From Candidatus Parcubacteria bacterium (GTDB lineage: Bacteria > Patescibacteriota > Minisyncoccia > Phycocordibacterales > UBA2100): 64,000 bases of DNA. The notes beneath the pieces are model-generated. The model was not told the origin of the DNA, ran no database searches, and saw only the letters and a list, made by a program, of their open reading frames with translations. A program made the translations under genes and the position numbers. Numbering within the stretch: the stretch's first letter is position 1; every line of letters begins with the position of its first letter. Of the stretch, positions 28,464-36,765 are shown piece by piece. Location of the stretch: NCBI GenBank assembly GCA_003599295.1, contig QZJK01000011.1, positions 13,372 to 77,371 of the forward strand. Reading direction: 5' to 3'.

Positions 28464-28892
28464 TTACTTTTTCTTCCCGTGCTTCTTTACCTCTTCCTTC
28501 ACCGCTTCCACGACCTCCGAAGGTATCATGCTGGCTTTCACCACATAGCGATCGACGCCTAAGCCCTCTGCTTTTGCTTTCTCGGCGTCATTCCCCTGAT
28601 TCGTGAGCGCGATCTTTACCGCGTCTGGAGCGAGGTGTTCCGCGTCAAGCGTCTGGAGGAACGAGAACCCGTCATGCTCCGGCATCACGATGTCGAACAC
28701 GATAGCTTCCGCCGCAAACCCGTCGCGCAAGAATCGAAGGGCGTCCGCTACCGATAGACACGCCTGTACATTGAAGCCTGCGCCGGCGAATTTCATGCTG
28801 TACATATCCACGAGGAATTTGTCGTCGTCGATCAGCAGTATGTTCCCCGACGCTCCTTTGCCTTTCTCGCCTTCCGTTTGGTCATTCATCAT
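28464..28892 (-). CDS. Stand-alone CheY-like response-regulator receiver domain, embedded between pilB and pilT.
   Basis: ILLIDDD..., phospho-acceptor context FDIVMPEHDG, and the conserved T/K positions (KIALTNQG). Confidence 0.8.
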   Translation of the reverse strand: MMNDQTEGEKGKGASGNILLIDDDKFLVDMYSMKFAGAGFNVQACLSVADALRFLRDGFAAEAIVFDIVMPEHDGFSFLQTLDAEHLAPDAVKIALTNQGNDAEKAKAEGLGVDRYVVKASMIPSEVVEAVKEEVKKHGKKK

Positions 28893-28981
28893 AGGTAATC
28901 TGCTTATTGATACAATTATTCTACTCTACTACATATCTGTGCGAGCCCCCGGGGACTGCCAGGGAAGATGTTTATACGTCC

Positions 28982-30736
28982 CTACGAAGCCGGTTTTTCT
29001 TTCTTTTCCGGCGCAGATTCGGCAACTACAGGCATTTCCTCTTCCTGAAACAGGAGTTTCGATGAAAGAGCGTTCAATTCGGAAAAAGGAATGGCTTTTG
29101 AGAACGCTTTCTGCATCGCATCTTCCTGCATCGTAAGCATGCCTTGCCCGCGAGCAGTCTCCCATAGCTTGGATTCAACTGGGTTCTCAAGGATGATGCG
29201 CTCGATCTCCGGAGACATTTCAAGCACTTCGAATACGGCCATGCGGCCGCGAAGCCCTGTGGGCGATGCCGAGGTGCGCATGGGTTCCCACGCACTCTTC
29301 GGTATCTTGAAGCGGTGCTCGGCGGGGAGCGTTGAAAGCTGCTCCTCGATATTCTTTCTATCGCTCGCGGATATCTCTATTTCCTGTGTGCTTCCTTCGA
29401 CAAGCGTGCGCACGAGGCGCTGTGCCATCGAAATGACGAGGACAGGCGGAATGAGATACGGCTCGACGCCCATGTCGATGAGGCGCGGAATGGTACCGAT
29501 TGCGTCGTTCGTGTGGATGGTCGAAAGTACGAGGTGGCCAGTCAGTGCCGCTTGTATCGCGAGCTTTGCGGTTTCGCCGTCACGGATCTCTCCCACCATG
29601 ATGACATCCGGGTCCTGGCGAAGCGTTGTTCGGAGTCCCGTTGCGAACGAGTACCCGATCTCGGGATGCACCTGCGATTGCGTGACGCCTTCGACGAAAT
29701 ACTCGACCGGGTCTTCAAGCGAGAGCACGTTCTTTTTTTCGCGGTCGACTTCCGAAAGCATCGAGTACAAGGTCGTCGATTTTCCCGAACCTGTAGGACC
29801 GGAAATGAGAACCAGCCCGTGCGGACGGTTGATCGCTTTCCGCACCAAATCGAGATTGCGCGGCGTCAACCCGATCTGATCGAGCGGGATGAATCCTTGG
29901 TCACGATCGAGAATACGAATAACGACTTTTTCCCCGTAGTACGAGGGAAAGGTCGAGACACGGAAGTCTATCTGCCGATTTTCGATGGACGCCGAGAAAC
30001 GGCCGTCCTGCGGTTTTCTTTGCTCATCGAGGCGGATGGAGGCGAGCACTTTTATACGCGCGACGAGCGAGCGGTGCGTCGCGAGCGGGAGGATAACACT
30101 CGTGTGAAGGTCGCCGTCCACGCGGTAGCGCACGCGCACTCCTGCGAATTGCGGCTCGATGTGGATGTCGGAAGCTTTTCCATCGATGGCGTACCGAAGT
30201 ATCGTCGACACTATCTTGATGGTCGGTGCATCTTCCTGTACGTTCCTCGTCCGCTGGCCGATCTCCGACGGACGCTCAATGGTTGGGTCATCGAGATCGA
30301 GCGGCGCCATTTCGGATTCGACAGGCCGCTCTTTCTGCTCGGTCGCGAGGTCGACGATGGCGCGGTCCACTTCCCCGCCGAGGCCGCGGTACATTCCGAG
30401 TATTCTTTCAAAATCCTCTTTTGATATTCGAAATACTTTAAACGGCATGCCTGTCGAGCGCGCGATAAAATTCAGCGCGTCGAAGCCCTGTATATCTTCA
30501 GGGTCAACCATGCCGATCTCGAGGACGCCGTCCCCGACCGCGAGCGGTGCGAGCTGATAATGCTTTGCGGATTCCTCGGGAATGTAGCGGAGGACATCGT
30601 ACGGCACCTTGGTTTCCCCTAGCTCTCTCATCGGCACTTCAAGGCCTCCACTCCCCTGGCCCGCTGCCTGCGAACTCGTAGAGAGATTTATTTGAGGACT
30701 TCCTGTTTGATTTGTTTGCGGCATACGAAGTATCAA
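28982..30736 (-). CDS. pilB: Type IV pilus assembly ATPase (GspE family).
   Basis: N1/N2 domains, Walker A GPTGSGKSTT, Asp box and His box TIHTN. The C-terminal tetra-Cys is not obvious. There is an unusual about 40-aa acidic/Lys-rich C-terminal tail. Confidence 0.9.
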   Translation of the reverse strand: MILRMPQTNQTGSPQINLSTSSQAAGQGSGGLEVPMRELGETKVPYDVLRYIPEESAKHYQLAPLAVGDGVLEIGMVDPEDIQGFDALNFIARSTGMPFKVFRISKEDFERILGMYRGLGGEVDRAIVDLATEQKERPVESEMAPLDLDDPTIERPSEIGQRTRNVQEDAPTIKIVSTILRYAIDGKASDIHIEPQFAGVRVRYRVDGDLHTSVILPLATHRSLVARIKVLASIRLDEQRKPQDGRFSASIENRQIDFRVSTFPSYYGEKVVIRILDRDQGFIPLDQIGLTPRNLDLVRKAINRPHGLVLISGPTGSGKSTTLYSMLSEVDREKKNVLSLEDPVEYFVEGVTQSQVHPEIGYSFATGLRTTLRQDPDVIMVGEIRDGETAKLAIQAALTGHLVLSTIHTNDAIGTIPRLIDMGVEPYLIPPVLVISMAQRLVRTLVEGSTQEIEISASDRKNIEEQLSTLPAEHRFKIPKSAWEPMRTSASPTGLRGRMAVFEVLEMSPEIERIILENPVESKLWETARGQGMLTMQEDAMQKAFSKAIPFSELNALSSKLLFQEEEMPVVAESAPEKKEKPAS

Positions 30737-30811
30737 TGGTCTACGCTACGCTCGAAAGGACGAAGGCCATTTTCCACGTCCTCCGAAGCACGGCGTTCTT
30801 CATTCACGGTC

Positions 30812-31141
30812 TCAAATCTCGCCCCCTTCTCCTGCGTCAAAACCCCGAGGGGCGAACGGGTTCCGCCGTCCGACTGGTTCCGGGACTATCTGTGTTCCAA
30901 AATCCCGGAGCGTGCCAAAGGTCGGATCGGAGAATATCGTTCCGGAAAGTGAGACTGCCCGCAGGGTCAAAAGCGTATTGACGATGCCTGCCTCGGCAGT
31001 CCCCACTTCGCCCACTACTTCTGTCGTGAGGAGGGCGTCATCGGGAGTGCTGTCTCCGGAGAACGCATACCACGCACCGCCGAGCGCGACCGCGCCGATG
31101 ATGACGATTGCGAGTGCGTTGCGCGAGAGGAATGACATCAT
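30812..31141 (-). CDS. Small TM-anchored protein at the PilP position in the pilMNO(P) gene order. This is an inference.
   Basis: N-terminal TM (ALAIVIIGAVALGGAWYAF). The start overlaps the pilO stop. Confidence 0.4.
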   Translation of the reverse strand: MMSFLSRNALAIVIIGAVALGGAWYAFSGDSTPDDALLTTEVVGEVGTAEAGIVNTLLTLRAVSLSGTIFSDPTFGTLRDFGTQIVPEPVGRRNPFAPRGFDAGEGGEI

Positions 31142-31143
31142 AC

Positions 31144-31713
31144 TTACTTCAACCAATACGTTCTAATAGTAATGTCGAAACTGTAGAGGGGCTCTCCTGT
31201 GTCGTCCGCATCCTCGGGCTGAAGCGAGAGGGAGACGAGATCGACGATGCGAAGGCTCGATTCGAGATTTTCCAAGAATTGCACGAAGACCGGATAGGTC
31301 GCGACGGTCGAAAACTGGAGCGTCAGTGAATCGAACTTTTGCCGCGCGGCACCGATGGCCCCCACGACGGAATTATCGCCGGTCTCGCTCGCGGGATTCG
31401 AGATGAGCACGTTCTGGAGCGCCATGCCATGAGCCCCGGCAAGATTATCAAGATCAAGAACAAGCCGCACGTTATCCACGTGGTCCGGAAGGAGTTTCTG
31501 GAGGCGCGCGAGGTCGGCCGGATTAAATGCGTTGTAGCGCGACAAAAGCGATTGCTTCAATTGCTGCAGCTCCGCGGCCCTATCGAGAGCCTCGTCGTAT
31601 TGTGCTATCTCCGCCTTTTTCGCTTGCACGGTCTGATACGTGGGCTGCGTGTACATGAAGAAGACCCCGAATGCGACCGCGAGACCAAGTGCCGAAAAAA
31701 TTAGTTTGAACAT
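31144..31713 (-). CDS. pilO: Type IV pilus assembly protein PilO-like.
   Basis: N-terminal TM followed by a coiled-coil (AEIAQYDEALDRAAELQQLKQ), then the core domain. Gene order is pilM-N-O. Confidence 0.7.
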   Translation of the reverse strand: MFKLIFSALGLAVAFGVFFMYTQPTYQTVQAKKAEIAQYDEALDRAAELQQLKQSLLSRYNAFNPADLARLQKLLPDHVDNVRLVLDLDNLAGAHGMALQNVLISNPASETGDNSVVGAIGAARQKFDSLTLQFSTVATYPVFVQFLENLESSLRIVDLVSLSLQPEDADDTGEPLYSFDITIRTYWLK

Positions 31714-31716
31714 AGA

Positions 31717-32427
31717 TTATTCCGTGGGCTGGCTTCCTTCCGAGGCGGTATTCTCCTCAGGGACTCCGTTGAACGGCGAGAGCGAGGATTGCACCTCCGA
31801 GGTCGGATTCGTGAGTTCCTGCGGAAGGCTCTGTGTCGCCCCGCGCACGATGGCGAGGTAATTGATGGCCGAAGGATTCAAAAGCGCCGAAAGGCTGAAG
31901 TGGACGCCGTCCGTTTGGCGATTGATGTTCGAAAAGATGGGACTCGTCACCATGCCGACCTTACTGAAAAGATCCGCCTGGAGCGCTATCGAGTTGACGC
32001 TATCGGCAATGCCGTCCATCTGTATCGTCATGTGCTGCGGATCCGAGCCATCGAAATCCAATGATATGAATGAAATGTTGCTTATCGTTGTCTGCTCAAG
32101 CATGCGGAAAAATGCGGAGGGCGCGATGTGCTTTCCCAAGACCTCGTTCGCGACCAACATGCGGTCATCGAGCCGCGTCAGCTCTTGGATGAGCGCGGGC
32201 TCGAATGCGGCGCTCGCGCGCCCGAGCTGTTCTATTTTCGAAGCAGCGCTTGCATGCAGATACTGATCATAGAGGAGCACTCCGACTCCGAGGACTCCGG
32301 ACACGACGAAAAGAACGACCGAGGCAAGCGCGGCGAGGTCCAAGAGACCGTTCTTCGCCGCTTTGCGGACGGAGCCGGCTTGTACCGTGTCTTTCGGGAT
32401 GAATGAGGGCGGTGTTGTTGTTTCCAT
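31717..32427 (-). CDS. pilN: Type IV pilus assembly protein PilN-like.
   Basis: Single N-terminal TM (LAALASVVLFVVSGVLGVGVLLY) and a periplasmic domain. Position is between pilM and pilO. Confidence 0.65.
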   Translation of the reverse strand: METTTPPSFIPKDTVQAGSVRKAAKNGLLDLAALASVVLFVVSGVLGVGVLLYDQYLHASAASKIEQLGRASAAFEPALIQELTRLDDRMLVANEVLGKHIAPSAFFRMLEQTTISNISFISLDFDGSDPQHMTIQMDGIADSVNSIALQADLFSKVGMVTSPIFSNINRQTDGVHFSLSALLNPSAINYLAIVRGATQSLPQELTNPTSEVQSSLSPFNGVPEENTASEGSQPTE

Positions 32428-32459
32428 AGTTCTTCTTCTGCCGCTCCCCGGTCGCGCGT

Positions 32460-33608
32460 TTACGATTCTTTGAGTTTCCGCAGAACAAGCCCGACCGCTA
32501 CCGCAAATCCTGGGCCTATCTCGCGAAGCACGTCTCCGAGGAACGCAGGCGCTTCCGTTCTTGCGAACGGGTTCGCTATTTCAACGTCCGCCTGCAGGGA
32601 GGTCTTTGCTTCTTCAAAAAGTCCTGGCAAAGACGCACCGCCGCCCGTGAAGACGACGCGCGATACATTCTTATTGTATCGCTGCCCGTAGCTCAATAGT
32701 ACCCGATTCACCTCGCTAAAAATACGCGTGAGTGTTGATAACAGCGCGGTCTTGATGCGTTCGTTCTCATCGGTAGAGTACGCTGTCGTGTCTTTAAGGC
32801 CGCGTTCACGCTTGACGCGCTCCGCCTTGTCGAATTCCCAGTTCAAGGAACGGCCGAGGACCTCCGTCATGTGCTGGCCGCCGACCGTGAGGAGATGTGT
32901 GAGGCGCACGACGCCGCGCTCGACGACATAGAGCTTGGTCGTCGCGGCCCCGAGATCAACCACCAAGACCGGCGCGATGCCGTGTCCGAGCGATGAACGG
33001 ACGACGCTGAATATCTCGATCTCATAGAATTCGACAGTGATACCCGCTTCCGCCGCAAGCGCTTGATAGTTCTCTATCGTAGCGTTATGAATGGCGACAA
33101 GGAGCACTTCTTGCCCGCGCGGTTTGCTTGACTCCTTTTCCATCCTGTCGAACGCGCTTTGCTCCCCCTCCTCCTCTGGTATCAAGAACCAGTCAAGAGC
33201 GACTTCGGTGATTGGCACCGGAATGTATTTCCGAGCCTCGATAGGAACGATGCGCTTTAAAGATTCCTTATCGACTTTCGGCAGCTCAACGACTGAGACT
33301 AAACTCGATGCGAACGGGATGGAAATACCGCCCTTTCGCGCCGTCACGTTCGCTTCTTTCATGAGGTCGGTCAACGCTTCGGCCGTTTTCTCCGACGAAA
33401 GCTTCACGGCTTTTCCGATGGGCTGCCCCCCGTAAGGACCGAGTGCTATTTCGCCATACGTCTCAAGCACCGCTGCGCCGCGCGACGCGCGAAGCTGCAC
33501 GACTTTTATGGAACTTGCGCCGATGTCGACGCCGAGAATGCTTCCCTCGGCGCCTTTGCCGAGAACTCCCGAGAGTGCTTTCCCAATACCCCCAAAAGAA
33601 AAAGCCAT
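32460..33608 (-). CDS. pilM: Type IV pilus assembly protein PilM (actin-like ATPase fold).
   Basis: ILGVDIGASSIKVVQL and VVDLGAATTKL are actin/FtsA-like phosphate motifs. Confidence 0.85.
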   Translation of the reverse strand: MAFSFGGIGKALSGVLGKGAEGSILGVDIGASSIKVVQLRASRGAAVLETYGEIALGPYGGQPIGKAVKLSSEKTAEALTDLMKEANVTARKGGISIPFASSLVSVVELPKVDKESLKRIVPIEARKYIPVPITEVALDWFLIPEEEGEQSAFDRMEKESSKPRGQEVLLVAIHNATIENYQALAAEAGITVEFYEIEIFSVVRSSLGHGIAPVLVVDLGAATTKLYVVERGVVRLTHLLTVGGQHMTEVLGRSLNWEFDKAERVKRERGLKDTTAYSTDENERIKTALLSTLTRIFSEVNRVLLSYGQRYNKNVSRVVFTGGGASLPGLFEEAKTSLQADVEIANPFARTEAPAFLGDVLREIGPGFAVAVGLVLRKLKES

Positions 33609-33653
33609 TCGGTACAGTATAGCGTACTTTATGAGTCTAGCGCGCGGTATTTC

Positions 33654-33977
33654 TCAGAGTTCGTCTATCTTAGCGGCGAGAATGAAGTCATTCTCGGAAA
33701 GCCCGCCTATCGCGTGCGTCGTGAGTGTTATGCCTACCTTCCCCCACCCGACAAGCATATCCGGATGATGTCCCTCCGCCTCGGCGACGCCGCCTACCCT
33801 GTTCGCGAATGCGAGTGCCTCCTTGAAATTCTTGAACTTGAATGTCTTGGTAATTCTTTTTGCATCGGGCGAGAGCGACCAGCCGGGAACCTCCTTCAAA
33901 TACTCTTCCGCTTTGGTGCGGAAGAGGGGCATGACTCCCCCTTCGCACGGCACGCAATGTTTTTTGGCAAAGCTCAT
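33654..33977 (-). CDS. Pterin-4a-carbinolamine dehydratase (PCD/DCoH family).
   Basis: 107 aa with EGHHPD, the hallmark PCD motif. Confidence 0.8.
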   Translation of the reverse strand: MSFAKKHCVPCEGGVMPLFRTKAEEYLKEVPGWSLSPDAKRITKTFKFKNFKEALAFANRVGGVAEAEGHHPDMLVGWGKVGITLTTHAIGGLSENDFILAAKIDEL

Positions 33978-33994
33978 GCGAGAATTGTAGCATC

Positions 33995-34642
33995 ATGAAT
34001 GTCCGCGCGTTCCTGAACACCATTCTCGATAGCGTCCTCCCGCGGCGCGAGCGGGATATGCGCACAAAACGGCGTTCACTCCAGGATATTCCGCTCGCTC
34101 CAACGACGCACGAACTGCTCGGCACGCGCATACTGACCATCATGGATTATCGGGAACGGGCGGTCGAAGAACTCTTGCAGAGTTTGAAATACGATGCGTC
34201 GGGACACGCCGCAACATTGTGTGCAGAGGCCCTTGAGGATTTCTTGCGGGAAGAGGTGTCTTCCGTTCGTGCATTCTCGACGAAGCGTATTCTCCTTGTG
34301 CCTGTGCCGCTTCATAAGGTGCGGGAGCGAGAGCGTGGATTCAATCAGATAGAAGTCATTCTTAAGCACCTGCCCAAAGAATTTCACGACGGCCGTGCCG
34401 CGGCTGTCGTTCCCGCGCTTTTACGCACCCGCCCGACGAAACAGCAAACGCATCTATCGCGCAATGAGCGCTTAAAGAACGTCGCGGGCGCATTCGAACT
34501 TTCCGACGCAAGCGTGCTTCACGATGCACACGTTGTTTTAATAGACGACGTCGTGACGACGGGTGCAACTCTGACCGAAGCGGCGAAGCCGCTCATGAAG
34601 CGCGGGATTTCTGTGAACCTGCTTGCACTCGCGCGGGCGTGA
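33995..34642 (+). CDS. comFC: ComF-family phosphoribosyltransferase-domain competence protein.
   Basis: LVPVPLHKVRERERGFNQ and the PRTase motif VVLIDDVVTTGATL. Confidence 0.8.
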   Translation: MNVRAFLNTILDSVLPRRERDMRTKRRSLQDIPLAPTTHELLGTRILTIMDYRERAVEELLQSLKYDASGHAATLCAEALEDFLREEVSSVRAFSTKRILLVPVPLHKVRERERGFNQIEVILKHLPKEFHDGRAAAVVPALLRTRPTKQQTHLSRNERLKNVAGAFELSDASVLHDAHVVLIDDVVTTGATLTEAAKPLMKRGISVNLLALARA

Positions 34643-34684
34643 AAAGAGCGCCTCGATGTGGTACGTTAAGCACGCAAGTGCGTA

Positions 34685-34773
34685 GGAGAGGTGGCCGAGT
34701 GGTCGAAGGCGGCACGGTGCTAACGTGTTAGGCGGGTAAAACTGTCTCGAGGGTTCGAATCCCTCCCTCTCCG
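34685..34773 (+). tRNA. tRNA-Ser, anticodon GCT, with long variable arm.
   Basis: GGAGAGGTGGCCGAGTGGTCGAAGGCGGCACGGTGCTAACGTGTTAGGCGGGTAAAACTGTCTCGAGGGTTCGAATCCCTCCCTCTCCG. Confidence 0.8.
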
Positions 34774-34951
34774 CAGATTTGAACGCAGTGAGAATACTGC
34801 GGAGAGGAGCAAGCGCTTCGCGCTTGCGTGGAGGGATTCGAAAGTGAGCGCGGGGTGCCTGTTCAGTAGGACGGGTCGCGCGAGCAGGCCCGAGCGGAGC
34901 GAGGAGCGACGGCGACGAGCGAGCTCTTGGGAGCATCCCTCCCTCTCCGCA
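34774..34951 (+). repeat. tRNA-trailer repeat element D, downstream of tRNA-Ser(GCT). It ends in a 17-nt direct repeat of the tRNA 3' end (atccctccctctccgca).
   Basis: Direct repeat at 34759-34775 and 34935-34951. Inverted copies tgcggagaggag and cgtggagggattcgaa, the hairpin caagcgcttcgcgcttg, and the gagcggagcgaggagcgacg block shared with element C. Confidence 0.5.
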
Positions 34952-34972
34952 AAAATCTATATAATAGAAGGT

Positions 34973-35305
34973 ATGACAAGAAAAGCTGGGGTTGTTCTTT
35001 TTTATGCACTTCCCATCGTTCTGATGATAAGCCTCATCCCGCTGATTCAGAATGATTATGTCCTTGCGGGCGTATACGGTGCCTGCATCGTTGCCCTGCT
35101 TTTCATAAAACGCGAGAAAAATGATCTCATCGCGCTCGCATTCGGCATTATCGGTATCACTATCGCCGAGTCCTTTTTCATCAGCACAGGGGTGGAAACG
35201 TTCGCGCGGCAGAGCTTTCTCGGCATGATGCCGCTCTGGCTCCCCTTCCTGTGGGGCTATGCGTTCGTGACCATAAAGCGCACGCTCCGCGTATTAGACC
35301 ATTGA
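34973..35305 (+). CDS. Hypothetical three-TM membrane protein.
   Basis: RBS gaagg before ATG 34973. The longer ORF from 34844 would run through the repeat element. Confidence 0.45.
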   Translation: MTRKAGVVLFYALPIVLMISLIPLIQNDYVLAGVYGACIVALLFIKREKNDLIALAFGIIGITIAESFFISTGVETFARQSFLGMMPLWLPFLWGYAFVTIKRTLRVLDH

Positions 35306-35362
35306 CCATTCACGCTGTCGCCATACGGCCATGGTATCTTTATCGATACCAACCGAAAGGAG

Positions 35363-35617
35363 GTGAGTTCTTTGCCAACCCTCATCATCAATCTCTTCTC
35401 GAACAGGGATGATTTCCTATTCGAGGCGTTCCGACTCGAATCTCGGCTTTCCATGCACGGGCAAATCAGCTCAACCAAGGGAAGCGGGGTGGCGCAGATA
35501 ACGCTTCGTACTCGGAAATCTCTGGAAGAGATCCGGGAAGAGATCAACCACTTGTCGCTCAAGGGCGACGTCAGATGCAACGAGGAAGAAAATGACAAGG
35601 AAATGTCACCGGCATAG
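35363..35617 (+). CDS. Hypothetical 84-aa protein with a GTG start.
   Basis: Perfect RBS aaaggagg 5-8 nt before GTG 35363. Confidence 0.45.
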   Translation: MSSLPTLIINLFSNRDDFLFEAFRLESRLSMHGQISSTKGSGVAQITLRTRKSLEEIREEINHLSLKGDVRCNEEENDKEMSPA

Positions 35618-35764
35618 CCGGCATTTCACGAGCCCGGAAACGACGTATGCATTGCATACGCACGTCCGGGCTCACTCAATACTTCAAGACGACATGGGGA
35701 TTGTGCGTACGAATGAAAAACAACACGCTATAGTGTATGCATTATCGAATAACGAAAACCTCGT

Positions 35765-36673
35765 ATGGGAAATCTGGGTTTGCGTCCCTTATCAATATTT
35801 CTGCTTGTATGCGCGCTTGCGCTCCCAACTTCTGCCGGTGCTTTTGAATTCGAGTTGCCTCAAGCACACCCCGGTGAGATACATGAGCGCATTACCGCAC
35901 GACTCAATTCGGCACTTCAAGGTTTGTGCGACCGTTTGCAGGACGGCAGACTTCCATTCCTCCTTCCAGATTTCTGCACTCCTCCCGAACCTCCTCCACC
36001 ACCTCCCCCGATTGACGTATGCCCGAACGTCCCAGGCAACCAGGAGAGCGGCCCGTGCGCTGACGAAGAATGCGTCGCGGATGGCGGGACGTGGAATGGC
36101 GAATCATGCGACGTGCCTCCGCCCGAAGAGACTATCGGGCATGTCGTTATAAGCGAAGTGCACTACAACATAGATGTCGCGCATGGTGTGAACGGAACTA
36201 ACGACAACAACGAATGGGTCGAGCTGTATAACGGAACGAATGAAACTGTTGACCTCTCCGGTTGGACGCTCGCTGACAATAGCTCGAGTGACGCGCTTCC
36301 CGCGGGAACAGTTCTTCCATCGGGGGCATTTCTTATCGTGACCGCAACGACAAGTACGGCTGATTTCTGGCCCGACATTCCGGATGATGTTGAGGTCGTA
36401 GTTCTTGGCAGTCAGATAGGCAACGGCCTTGCCGCGGACGGTGATGTCGTACTCTTGCGGGATGACGAAGACACTCTGATAGACGCAGTTTCCTGGGGCG
36501 ATGACACGACTGCCTTTGACCCTTCGGTGCCTGGCGTAGCACAAGGAGAATCTATCGCGCGCACCTTACTTACTGTTGATACGGACACGGCGGCAGATTG
36601 GGAGGGGCGCGGAATCCCTTCACCGGGGCTCGCGGACGTCCCGCTTCCTTCTGGTGTACCGGAGACTTTCTAA
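35765..36673 (+). CDS. Secreted lamin-tail-domain (LTD) protein.
   Basis: Signal peptide MGNLGLRPLSIFLLVCALALPTSAGA and a poly-Pro linker. LTD signature VVISEVHYN...NEWVELYNGTNETVDLSGWTL...LPAGTVLPSGAFLIV. Confidence 0.7.
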   Translation: MGNLGLRPLSIFLLVCALALPTSAGAFEFELPQAHPGEIHERITARLNSALQGLCDRLQDGRLPFLLPDFCTPPEPPPPPPPIDVCPNVPGNQESGPCADEECVADGGTWNGESCDVPPPEETIGHVVISEVHYNIDVAHGVNGTNDNNEWVELYNGTNETVDLSGWTLADNSSSDALPAGTVLPSGAFLIVTATTSTADFWPDIPDDVEVVVLGSQIGNGLAADGDVVLLRDDEDTLIDAVSWGDDTTAFDPSVPGVAQGESIARTLLTVDTDTAADWEGRGIPSPGLADVPLPSGVPETF

Positions 36674-36765
36674 ATCTTTAGAAACGTCGAATTATTGGCT
36701 CGGTTTCCACATTTCGCGCACCGAAACGCGTTGCGTGAGTGCCCTTTGGGGCGCAAAATTGCGCT

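Noticed and set aside
34844-34972. Long N-terminal extension of the 34973 membrane-protein ORF.
   Set aside because: It runs through trailer element D, including the tRNA 3'-end direct repeat. An RBS-supported ATG lies at 34973.
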